A stretch of DNA of 63,103 nt, counting the filler, from Acidimicrobiia bacterium (GTDB lineage: Bacteria; Actinomycetota; Acidimicrobiia; Spongiisociales; JAHEDJ01): NCBI GenBank assembly GCA_029210695.1. It is 11 parts of 11 records of this genome, joined end to end, with 100 filler letters (N's around TTAATTAATTAA, not from the genome) between each part and the next. Parts side by side here need not be neighbours in the genome. Positions count along the whole stretch, not along the records: positions 35,239 to 41,761 come from JARGFH010000105.1; positions 41,862 to 48,118 come from JARGFH010000106.1; positions 48,219 to 54,203 come from JARGFH010000107.1; 8 more parts are not named here. One strand, 5' to 3'. A program made the position numbers and the translations under genes. The notes beneath the pieces were generated by a model, which was given only the letters and a program-made list of their open reading frames with translations, was not told the DNA's origin and searched no databases. Shown piece after piece: positions 38,913 through 48,355 of this stretch. Position 1 is the stretch's first letter; each line of letters begins with the position of its first letter.

Positions 38913-39614
38913 GTGAACCGGAGCGCCACGAGCCCATCGACGAGGCGGACGGACCCATCTGGGAACGGGCAAGGCAAAGCCGGTCCTTTCCGGCTGGAGC
39001 CGCCACGTCGCAAGGTGCAGGTACCCCAGCTATTGATCGCCATGTTCCTGGTGGCGATAAGTGCGCTGGTGGCGGTAGTGCTGTTCTCGCGCGCCGCGGC
39101 CCGTGAGCCGGTGTTGGCCCTGGCCCAGCCGGTGGAGAGGGGTCAGGTTGTTGGGTCGGGTGACCTGATGGTGGTGTATGTGGCGACCGATGATCCGATC
39201 GCGACGCTGTCGTCGGAGGCTGCCTCCGGGTTGGTGGGGTTGACGGCTGTGGCCGATCTGGAGGCGGGGACGATTCTTACGCCCGCCCATTTCGTCTCCC
39301 GGAGTCTCCTCGACGCCGGGGAGGGTGTTGTCGGCTTGGCGCTTTCGCCTGGGGAGTATCCGACTCCGTTGTTAGCGCCCGGTGATCGAGTTGACGTGGT
39401 TCTGATTGATCCCGTGTCGGCCGAGGCAGGCGACGCAGCGGCCGACACGGTGGTTGCGTCGGCGGAAGTGTTCGATGTCGCTGAGTTGGGTACGCAGGGG
39501 GATCGGTTCGTCTCGCTGCGTATGAGCGCCGAGGCGGCTTCAGAGGTGGCGAGGGCAGCAGCTGCCGGCCGGGTTCGGCTGGTCCTCGTGGCGGATCCGG
39601 GGGTGGACGGGTGA
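38913..39614 (+). CDS. SAF/CpaB-like protein
   Basis: Single TM, VLALAQPVERGQVV, DLEAGTIL, LAPGDRVDV. Confidence 0.8.
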   Translation: MNRSATSPSTRRTDPSGNGQGKAGPFRLEPPRRKVQVPQLLIAMFLVAISALVAVVLFSRAAAREPVLALAQPVERGQVVGSGDLMVVYVATDDPIATLSSEAASGLVGLTAVADLEAGTILTPAHFVSRSLLDAGEGVVGLALSPGEYPTPLLAPGDRVDVVLIDPVSAEAGDAAADTVVASAEVFDVAELGTQGDRFVSLRMSAEAASEVARAAAAGRVRLVLVADPGVDG

Positions 39615-40398
39615 GCCTGGTGTGCCTGGGTTCTGCCCACGGGTCTCCGGTGTGACGACCACGGCGCTGGCGTTGGCAGCTACGTGGCCGGAGCATCGCC
39701 GCGGCCTGTTGGTTGAAGCAGATCCGTTTGGTGGGGTGATCGCGGCCCGATACGGTCTGGGCGATACACCTGGATTGTCTTCGTTGGCGGCTGTGGGGCG
39801 TCGAGGCCTCGATGACGACGTGGTCTGGCAGCATGCGCAACAGCTTCCGGGTGGGGTTCGGGTGCTGGTCGGTCCGGCCTCGGCGGATGAGGCTCATGCT
39901 GTGTTGCGGGATCTCGCGGGAGCTCTGGCGGCCTGGTCCGCTACCCACAGCGCTGTTGACGTCATTGTCGACTGTGGCCGGTTGGCTTCGGGTTTCCCTG
40001 CGGTCGGTCCCCTTCTTGGGGCAGGTGCGTTCATGGTGTTGACGCGTTCCACTCTGGATCAGCTTCGACCTGCAGCCCACCGTGTCGGGTCGCTTCGCCA
40101 CTCGGGAGTGGATGCCAGCCTGCTGCTGGTCGGTGACCAGCCCTATGGGGCCCATGATGTGACCGGCACCTTGGGTGTTCCGGTGGCGGGTGTGATCGCC
40201 TGGGATCCTCGTGCTGCAGGGGTGTTGACCGGTACGCACGGTGCGGTGCGTGACCTGCGCCGGTCCCCGCTGGTTCGATCGGTGGGAACTCTGGCAGACC
40301 GTCTCGCGATACCCGCTACTGGGCCCGATGTCGGCGAGGAGTCCGGTTCGGCGCCGGCGATCCGGGTGGCGGAGGTTGCACGGGAGGCCGGTTCGTGA
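39611..40398 (+). pseudogene. MinD/ParA-like (CpaE/TadZ-like) ATPase with 1-nt frameshift
   Basis: GTG start gives SLVCLGSAHGSP then shifts; the next frame continues GVTTTALALA..EADP.GG..DCGR. Confidence 0.7.
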
Positions 40399-41750
40399 GC
40401 GGCAACGGCGACCTCGGGCGGCGGCTACACCGGACGGTGGCCGAGAAGCTGTCTGAGCGTCTCCGGACCCTTGACGGGAGTGATCCGTTGAGCGTCGAAG
40501 ACGAACAGGCCTTGACTCGCTCGTTGATCGCCGCCGAACTGGCGCGTCTCGCCGAGGACGCCTACCGGAGCGGTCAGACCCCACTGGACGCCTCAGCCGA
40601 ATCCGACCTGGCTGAGGCGGTGTTCGATCGAGTCCACGGACTTGGGCGTCTCCAGCCCTACATCAACGACCCGGACGTCTCGAATATCCATGTCAACGGT
40701 TGTGACAACGTGTGGCTGGTATACCGGGACGGCACCAAGGTCCGGGGCGAACCGGCCGCCGACTCGGACCGGGACCTGATCGAAATGGTCTCCACCGCTG
40801 CCCGGCGAATCGGTAGGTCTGAGAAGCGCTGGGACCAGGTGTCCTGGGAGCTCCACCTCCAACTCCCCGGCGGGGAACGCTTGCATGCGGTGATGGGTCT
40901 GACTGGTCGGCCGGCCATCACGATCCGCCGCCACGACTTCAGCATCTATCGCCTGAAACACCTGATTGATCTCGGAGTGATCGATGAAGGATTGGCGGAG
41001 TTTCTCGGGGCGGCGGTGCGAGCCAAGCTCAACCTGATCGTGGCTGGAGGGACGAACACCGGCAAGACCACGATGCTGCGATGCCTACTCAACGAAATCC
41101 CCCCGGAAGAAAGGGTGGTGACCGTCGAGGACAACCTCGAGATCGGGCTGGACCGATTCACAGACCTCCACCCCGACCAGGTCATGTGGGAACGTCGGGG
41201 CGCCAACATCGAAGGCCGAGGCGAAGCCACACTGGCCGACTGCGTACGAGCGACCCTGCGCCAGAACCCCGACAGGGTGATCGTCGGTGAGATCCGCGGA
41301 ATCGAAGTCGTCGACATGTTGCGGGCCATGTCCCAGGGCAACGACGGTTCCATGTCCAGCATTCACGCCGACTCCTCCAAGGGGGCCATCGTCCGCCTCG
41401 GCATGTATACGGCGGAAGCGGGCTTGGATGAGGAAACCTCCAACAAGTGGATCGCCAACGCGGTCGACCTTATCGTTCACCTCGGCTGGGTCGACGGCAT
41501 GCGCCGCGTCACCTCGGTGCGGGAAGTCCTGGAGGCAGAGGCCCGTCAGATCGCTACCAACGAGGTGTACCGACCCGCCGCCGACGGGAAGGCAATGCCG
41601 GCGCCAGGACCGACCATCCGCAATGACACGCTTGCCCATCTCGTCGATGCTGGTTTCGACGCCGCCTACCTGACCGGCCTTTCAGGGCTCATCGGATTTC
41701 AGCGGGGTGTGATGGTGGCGAGTAGATTCCAGTTGGGTTTTCCGGCGTAG
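40395..41750 (+). CDS. CpaF/TadA-family secretion ATPase (last ~20 codons from ISL3 end)
   Basis: GGTNTGKTT, VTVED..E, RVIVGEIRG, SSIHA. Confidence 0.9.
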   Translation: MSGNGDLGRRLHRTVAEKLSERLRTLDGSDPLSVEDEQALTRSLIAAELARLAEDAYRSGQTPLDASAESDLAEAVFDRVHGLGRLQPYINDPDVSNIHVNGCDNVWLVYRDGTKVRGEPAADSDRDLIEMVSTAARRIGRSEKRWDQVSWELHLQLPGGERLHAVMGLTGRPAITIRRHDFSIYRLKHLIDLGVIDEGLAEFLGAAVRAKLNLIVAGGTNTGKTTMLRCLLNEIPPEERVVTVEDNLEIGLDRFTDLHPDQVMWERRGANIEGRGEATLADCVRATLRQNPDRVIVGEIRGIEVVDMLRAMSQGNDGSMSSIHADSSKGAIVRLGMYTAEAGLDEETSNKWIANAVDLIVHLGWVDGMRRVTSVREVLEAEARQIATNEVYRPAADGKAMPAPGPTIRNDTLAHLVDAGFDAAYLTGLSGLIGFQRGVMVASRFQLGFPA

Positions 41751-41761
41751 AGGAGGGCTCT
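41686..41761 (-). mobile_element. ISL3-family right end
   Basis: Minus strand encodes RALLYAGKPNWNLLATITPR* then AATCCGATGAGCC. Confidence 0.8.
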
Positions 41762-41861
41762 NNNNNNNNNNNNNNNNNNNNNNNNNNNNNNNNNNNNNNN
41801 NNNNNTTAATTAATTAANNNNNNNNNNNNNNNNNNNNNNNNNNNNNNNNNNNNNNNNNNNN

Positions 41862-41938
41862 ACGCCGGACCTGACCGAACCCCAACCCGGTCCCATCACA
41901 CTGGCGAACCGGTGGTCCCATCAAGCTGGCGAGCGACA
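41862..41938 (+). mobile_element. IS21-family terminus type C
   Basis: GGTCCCATCA..CTGGCGA repeated twice, ending GACA. Confidence 0.7.
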
Positions 41939-41996
41939 GGCAAGGCTGCCGAGGGGGAGCACACGGCGAAGTCGAGGGAGAGTTGTGAGAAACGAT

Positions 41997-42666
41997 CGGT
42001 CCGCCCGCAGGGGGGAAGGGACCCCGCTGGTGGACGAAAGCGAGGGAGGTTTGCGGATCCGGTCGGTCCCCCCGCAGGGGGAATCGATTTGGATAGATCC
42101 GCCTGCGAAGTCTGACGATTCTGTCGGATCTATCCATTTCGACAGGTTCCTGCGCCGAAGCGAAGCGGAGGCGGAGGTAGGGGGGCCCGCTGGCAGGTGA
42201 GACGGAGGCCGGACTGAGGGGGCGACCGGACGAAGGAGTCCACGAAGACCTACTTAGCGTGAAGCGGCGCAGACCAACACGATGTCCTCTCCCAGCGGCA
42301 GCTGGGGGAGGTGGCGGCAAGGAAGGCGAGAGATGAAGGGCCTCAGGGTTGCTCCCCCTTTGGGTGTTCTGTCGCGGTTTGAGTCCGACACACTTTCGCT
42401 TAACGTGTCCTCTCCCAGCGGCAGCTGGGGGAGGTGGCCGCAAGCTGTTGCTTGCCGGCGGAGGGGGCAGCGTGTGATGGCGCTTTGGTTCCGGGCATTG
42501 AGTAGGACGAAGAGTCGGAAAGCGAATGAGCGATCGGTCCCCCCGCAGGGGGAAATCGATTTGGGTAGATCCGCCTGCAAAAACCTGATGATTCTGCCGG
42601 ATCTACCCATTTCGACAGGGACCTGCTGCGTAGCAGCGGGTAGGGGGGCCCGCCGGCAGACGAGAC
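41997..42666. repeat. Cluster of REP-like palindromic elements
   Basis: CGGTCC(C/G)CCCGCAGGGGG units at 41997, 42064 and 42535; identical 33-bp TGTCCTCTCCCAGCGGCAGCTGGGGGAGGTGGC at 42283 and 42406. Confidence 0.8.
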
Positions 42667-42742
42667 AGTGGCTGGGTCGACGGAGCAGTGGAGAAGGCCT
42701 AGCGATGAAGAACTACAGAAGAACACGAAGGGTGAAGTGAAG

Positions 42743-43456
42743 ATGCAAGTGATTCCGGCGGTCGACGTACTGGACGGAGCGGTAGTCCGCCTCCGACAAG
42801 GCCGGTTCGACGACGTGACGACATACGGCGCCGATCCCGTCGCGGTCGCGAAGTCATGGGTTGACGAAGGAGCGACCCTCGTGCACGTGGTCGACCTGAA
42901 CGGAGCGCGCTTTGGGGAACCCGATCGATCGTTGTGGGCCTCCCTGTCCGCCGCCGGCATCCCGTTCCAGATCGGGGGAGGAATCCGCACGGCCGACATA
43001 GCTGCCGACGCACTCGAGGCCGGAGCACAGCGGGTAGTACTCGGCACCGCCGCGGTGTGGAGTCCGGAGATCGCAGGAGAACTCGTCGAGCGATTCGGAC
43101 CAGAGCGAGTCGTTGCCGCCGTCGATGTCCGCGACGGCTCAGCGACGGGATCCGGGTGGGAGGAAGCCGGGCGTCCGGTCGTCGAGGTCTGCCGCTCGCT
43201 GGAGGCCCACGGCGTCGAATGGATCCTCGCGACCGGCATCGATCGTGACGGAATGATGTCCGGGCCGGACACCGGTCTGCTCGACCAGATCAGGGTGGAA
43301 GTGTCTGCCGTGCAGCTAATAGCGTCGGGAGGCGTCGCCGGATTGGATGACATCGTCGCTTTGCGCGACGCAGGCTACGAGGCGGTCGTGGTCGGCAGGG
43401 CACTGTATGAGTCGAAACTGACCCTGGCCGATGCGCTGCGGCTCACGGCCGGTTGA
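42743..43456 (+). CDS. hisA: ProFAR isomerase HisA
   Basis: VIPAVD, VRLRQG, HVVDLNGA, IGGGIR, IDRDGMMSG, IASGG, VGRALY. Confidence 0.92.
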   Translation: MQVIPAVDVLDGAVVRLRQGRFDDVTTYGADPVAVAKSWVDEGATLVHVVDLNGARFGEPDRSLWASLSAAGIPFQIGGGIRTADIAADALEAGAQRVVLGTAAVWSPEIAGELVERFGPERVVAAVDVRDGSATGSGWEEAGRPVVEVCRSLEAHGVEWILATGIDRDGMMSGPDTGLLDQIRVEVSAVQLIASGGVAGLDDIVALRDAGYEAVVVGRALYESKLTLADALRLTAG

Positions 43457-43745
43457 TGATCGACAAGTCGGTCTCTTGCAGGGCATATGCAGAATGCCAG
43501 ATATATCTAGCCACAATTGACCGTTGAGGAATAGTCACCTCACTCCGGCACTTTCCCCGCCACTAGCAGTGGTCCGTTGGTAGCTTCGACAGAAGGAAGA
43601 GTCATCGATAGGGGAACAAGCGAGGGGACCAACCGCGAGCGTATGACGCGTTCGAGAGTTGATTGACCTCACGCCCCACCACACTAGGTGTGTTTGGGGC
43701 ATGCCTCCTACCTGATGACAAGGGGACAACAGAGAGGGAGGCATT

Positions 43746-46700
43746 ATGGCGAAACATCGTGCGCGGCACGCCGCGCCAAAGAGTCGCCGGGCATTTCGTA
43801 TTGGACTGATGGTTTCGGCGCTACTGGTGGTAGGAGCGGGAATCGCTCTTGCGACGGGCGACAGCTACGACCTCATCAACAACAACACGGTGACGGTCAA
43901 CGACGGAGCAATCTTCGAATACTTCGATACCACAGAATCCGACGGTACGGGTGTCTTGAACCCCTACCTTCGGGTCCAGGACAACGACGGTGACGAAGCA
44001 GGCTACAACAGCGACTACGTCGTTTCGGGTGGAGGGCAGTTCGACCAGGTGTCGCCGAACAACGCGTTCACCGATTCGATCCTGTTGAGCGAAATACCTT
44101 CGATCGAAGTCGGAACGGACAACTATCGGGAGTTCATTGCGGACTTCAACGAAGCGAACAGCGGCGTCGACGCGCAGATCTCGATCGATGCGTTCGAACT
44201 CTATCTCTTCGATCAGTCGACGACGGCGTTCGATGTCGAGCTGATAGGCGATCCGAACAACGGCGGGATCGACACGTCGTACCCGTATGGCGAGGAAGGA
44301 TTCAACCATCCCAGTGCGCCGTCTCCCGATGCCATTTGGGGCACTCCCGACTGGTACCTCGACGGCCACGTGCTAGCGACTGAGGAGAACTCGAGTGGCT
44401 CGGGTCAGGGCGATCTTCAGATCCTCATCCCCGAGTCGGAGTTCGACGCTTATCCCGAGTGCTTCTACGGGTCGACGACGTGTGACATCTACGTCGTCAA
44501 CCATGTGGCGCTGGGTTTCTATGGCGAGCTCTACGTCACGGAGCCCCGAGAGGAGCTGCCGCCGGACATAACCGACCCCGAGAACTGGGATGTCACATCC
44601 ACATTCGAGGAGTTCGCAGTTCGGTTGTACCCGATCCTGGACGTGAGCAAGACACTCGACATCACGTACGAGGAAAAGATCACTTGGACGCTGACCAAGA
44701 CTGTGGATGATGCTTCTCACAGTGGTAATGCTGGTGAGGATGCGGGTTCGTCGATCTGGACGGTTGTGGCTGACAAGACAGTCACCAATGTCAACTACCA
44801 AGCGAGCGGCGAGATTCTGCTCTCGAACGACTCCGGCGTCGACCTTGAGGTCACGTCAGTTGACGATCTCTTCGGGGTCGTGCCAGTGGATGTCACATGT
44901 CCGAATCCCGCGCCATTCGTCATCCTCGACATGGCATCGGTGACATGTGGATACAGCGTGGATCTGGACGGAGCCCCAACGCTGCCGTCGACCAACGAGG
45001 TCGAAGTTGCCTACTACGAGGTGAACCGCGATGGGCTCCAGGTCGGACCAACTCTGAACCGGTTCGCTACCGCTTCCGATGACGCCGCAGAGTCACGCGG
45101 CACCATCGGTGAGGATTCGGGTACGTTGGCTGATCCGCGGTTCTCGTATTCGCAGTCGATCAGTGGTGATACCACGGTGACGTTCGATGAGACGTTTACG
45201 TGTTCGTCGGATGCAAGCTTGTATACGGATGGGTCGTATTCGTTCACCGAGACCAATACAGCAACGTTGAACGGCAATATCAACCTGTCAGCGTCGGCCT
45301 CGGTTGATGTGGATTGCACGTTGCCGGTGTTGACGGTCGCTAAGACTGCAGCCGGGACGTATGACCGGACCGTGACCTGGGAACTGGNNNNNNNNNNNNN
45401 NNNNNNNNNNNNNNNNNNNNNNNNNNNNNNNNNNNNNNNNNNNNNNNNNNNNNNNNNNNNNNNNNNNNNNNNNNNNNNNNNNNNGGTAAGACCGAGGTGT
45501 CTGACAACTATGCAGTGACCGGTTCGATCACGATCAGCAACCCGTCGGCTGTTACACAGACCGTCACCGGTGTTGCAGATGTGTTGAACGACACGACTGT
45601 TGCGTCTGTCGACTGTGGTGCGGCGTTCCCGATCGATATCGTGGCGGGCGGCCAGTTGGTCTGCAGCTATACCGCTTCTCCAACGGATGATTTGGCGACG
45701 TCGAACACAGCCACCGTCTCTGCGGTCGGTAACGCTGACCAGACAGGGATTGCTGGCGTGTCGTTCACCGAGAACCTGATCGGTGATGACTCGGGGACGT
45801 TGACGGATGATCGTTTCGCGGCCTTCTCGGAGGCGGTGAGCGGTGATGCGAACTTCACACTCGAGGAAGACTTCGTCTGCCCGACGAATCCGAGTGCTTA
45901 TGGCACGGATGGTTCGTATACGGCTGAGGTAGTCAACACCGCATCCTTGAACGGCAATATCAATCTGTCCGACGATGCGAAGATCACGCTGGATTGCACG
46001 TTGCCGGTGTTGACGGTCGCTAAGACTGCAGCCGGGACGTATGACCGGACCGTGACCTGGGAACTGGTGAAGAACGTCAATACTGAGGGCAATGATGTGT
46101 CCGACTATGTCGGTGTAGCGGGTGACACGTTCCCGACGGATTGGTTGTTGTATGTGGGTAAGACCGAGGTGTCTGACAACTATGCAGTGACCGGTTCGAT
46201 CACGATCAGCAACCCGTCGGCTGTTACACAGACCGTCACCGGTGTTGCAGATGTGTTGAACGACACGACTGTTGCGTCTGTCGACTGTGGTGCGGCGTTC
46301 CCGATCGATATCGTGGCGGGCGGCCAGTTGGTCTGCAGCTATACCGCTTCTCCAACGGATGATTTGGCGACGTCGAACACAGCCACCGTCTCTGCGGTCG
46401 GTAACGCTGACCAGACAGGGATTGCTGGCGTGTCGTTCACCGAGAACCTGATCGGTGACGACTCGGTGACGTTGGATGATGACCGGGCTCCATCAGGGTT
46501 CCCGGCGTCGATTTCGGCGTCGCAGACGTTCACCTACAACGAGTCGTTCACCTGTTCGAGCAATCGCGGTGATTACACCAACGGTGTTGACACCGATAAC
46601 TATCCGAACACAGCCACGCTGAAAGGTGACAACAACAACCTGTCCGACAACGCATCGGTCACGGTGACTTGCGAAGCCAGCTTCGTCGACGTGCTCAAGC

Positions 46701-47617
46701 TGACCGACGGTGCACCAACGCCTGCCGACAAGACCTGGACCTTTGAGCTCAGAAAGGGTGCAACGACGCTCGAAACGCTGAGTACGCCCCCGACTCTGCT
46801 CGAGTTCCAGACCGCGTTGGTCATGGGTGACACTTACACCATGTGCGAAACCGGCATACCAGCCGGCTGGACACTGCAGTGGGGTGTTGACGCCAACGGC
46901 AACGGAGTGATCGACACCGGCGAGACCCTACCGTTTGTTGGAGGAGAGGCTGACCTCATAGGCAGCGGCCTGCTGCAGGTCTACGACCCGGATCCCAACT
47001 ACGGGACGGCCGATGCCGTCAACGACACTCGCTGTGTGAACTTCGCAGCACCGACAACGGCGGGCGACGTCTTTCCGTTCATCGTCGACAACCGGTTCCC
47101 CGGTGGCGAGCCACGCACGCCGGGATACTGGAAGAACTGGAATACGTGCACCGGTGGCGGTCAGCAGGACACCGCTGCTGCCAACGGCGGCGCGACGGAA
47201 GGTTTCTTCCTGCTCGACGATCTGATCCCAACGACGATCGGCAACTTCGCGATCACGACTTGTGAGATCGGGGTCGACATCCTCGACAAGAGGGAGATCG
47301 GCGTTCCGGCACTTGTCGGCGATGGTGACAAGATGGCAAGCGATCCAGCCTTCAACATGGCAACTGCGTTGCTAGCAGCGAAGCTGAACCTCGGCGCCGG
47401 CGCCGAGACCTGTTCCGCAGTGGTTGACGCAGTCGCAGATGCGGACGCTTTGCTGGTATCGATAGACTTCAATGGCTACCCGGACGGAAATTCCGCCTGG
47501 GACGGTAAGGGCAAACCTCCTAGCTACTTCGACAAGAAGGACCCCTTGGCAGCCGAAGCCAATGCACTGGCAACGCTGTTGGACGACTACAACAACGGTT
47601 TGCTCTGCAGCCCATAG
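43746..47617 (+). CDS. Large secreted repetitive surface protein (one gene across the N gap)
   Basis: Signal peptide, T/S/D-rich beta repeats, C-terminal TPGYWKNW..LLAAKLN..DDYNNG; an 89-bp fill (as in the second repeat copy) joins both ORF halves in frame. Confidence 0.8.
45311..46460 (+). repeat. Near-identical intragenic duplication (~672-bp period)
   Basis: 45311-45387 matches 45991-46067; 45485-45786 matches 46157-46458. Confidence 0.85.
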
Positions 47618-47643
47618 GCGCAGCACACCGTTGGATACCAACC

Positions 47644-47674
47644 GAAGGGGCCCGGCTGCCAGCCGGGCCCCTTC
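47644..47674 (+). terminator. Hairpin after the large surface-protein gene
   Basis: GAAGGGGCCCGGCT-GCC-AGCCGGGCCCCTTC. Confidence 0.7.
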
Positions 47675-47702
47675 ATTCGAGGCAAGGGGTAACTTGGTGC
47701 GC

Positions 47703-48059
47703 ATGAGTATGACAATGAGCGGGTCGCGAAGTGCCGCCGTGGTGCTGTTGTTGCTCAGTGTCGTCGCGCTTGTGGGTTGTTCTGGCGGAGATCCTCAGAC
47801 TACGGCGCAGCTCGAGCCGCAGGATGAGGTCATAACCACTCTTGCGGCAACATCAGACATCCCGGTGATCATCAGCGAGCTTCCGCCGGTTGCACGAGCC
47901 TCCGATGATGGTGGGGAGCCCAGATCCGCTGCCTATTGGGCGCTATGGAACACGTGCGCGCCGGACAACCGGTCTGAACTGGCTGCAGCCAACGGCGGCC
48001 GCGAAGCCGGATGGGTGCTCGTGGACGATTTGCTAGCCGACCCTGACCACGCTCATTGA
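47703..48059 (+). pseudogene. Lipoprotein related to the upstream C-terminal domain, truncated by IS21 at 48044
   Basis: Lipobox LVGC; GEPRSAAYWALWNTC..AAANGG..DDLL. Confidence 0.75.
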
Positions 48060-48118
48060 AACTCCCCAGACCTGCTCACTGAAATTCCCCACCTCCTGAG
48101 AGGGAATACCCACTGTTG
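48044..48118 (+). mobile_element. IS21-family element type A, end 1
   Basis: Same as 14681-14755. Confidence 0.8.
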
Positions 48119-48218
48119 NNNNNNNNNNNNNNNNNNNNNNNNNNNNNNNNNNNNNNNNNNNNTTAATTAATTAANNNNNNNNNNNNNNNNNNNNNNNNNN
48201 NNNNNNNNNNNNNNNNNN

Positions 48219-48293
48219 GGTCTCCGGCATCACCCACGACTGGCCCGCCGCCAACCAACCTCACCGAAAGCCACTTTTTCGGCAGCCACCTAG
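48219..48293 (+). mobile_element. IS1182-like right end
   Basis: Same as 14857-14931. Confidence 0.7.
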
Positions 48294-48355
48294 AAGAACC
48301 GGGCGATGCACCCCGGTGACGAGCAATGGGCCTGCTCAGGATCTACGATGCGCTA

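Noticed and set aside
39277..40584. Long antisense/alternate ORFs (e.g. 435 aa here, 28944-30197, 13818-14696 N-terminal part)
   Set aside because: Arg/Pro-rich shadow frames of high-GC genes that have clear motifs on another frame.
41814..42740. ORFs across the REP cluster
   Set aside because: Translations of palindromic repeats without protein motifs or convincing starts.
45311..46460. Diversity-generating retroelement TR/VR pair
   Set aside because: The copies are in-frame domain repeats without adenine-specific differences, and no reverse transcriptase is in the window.
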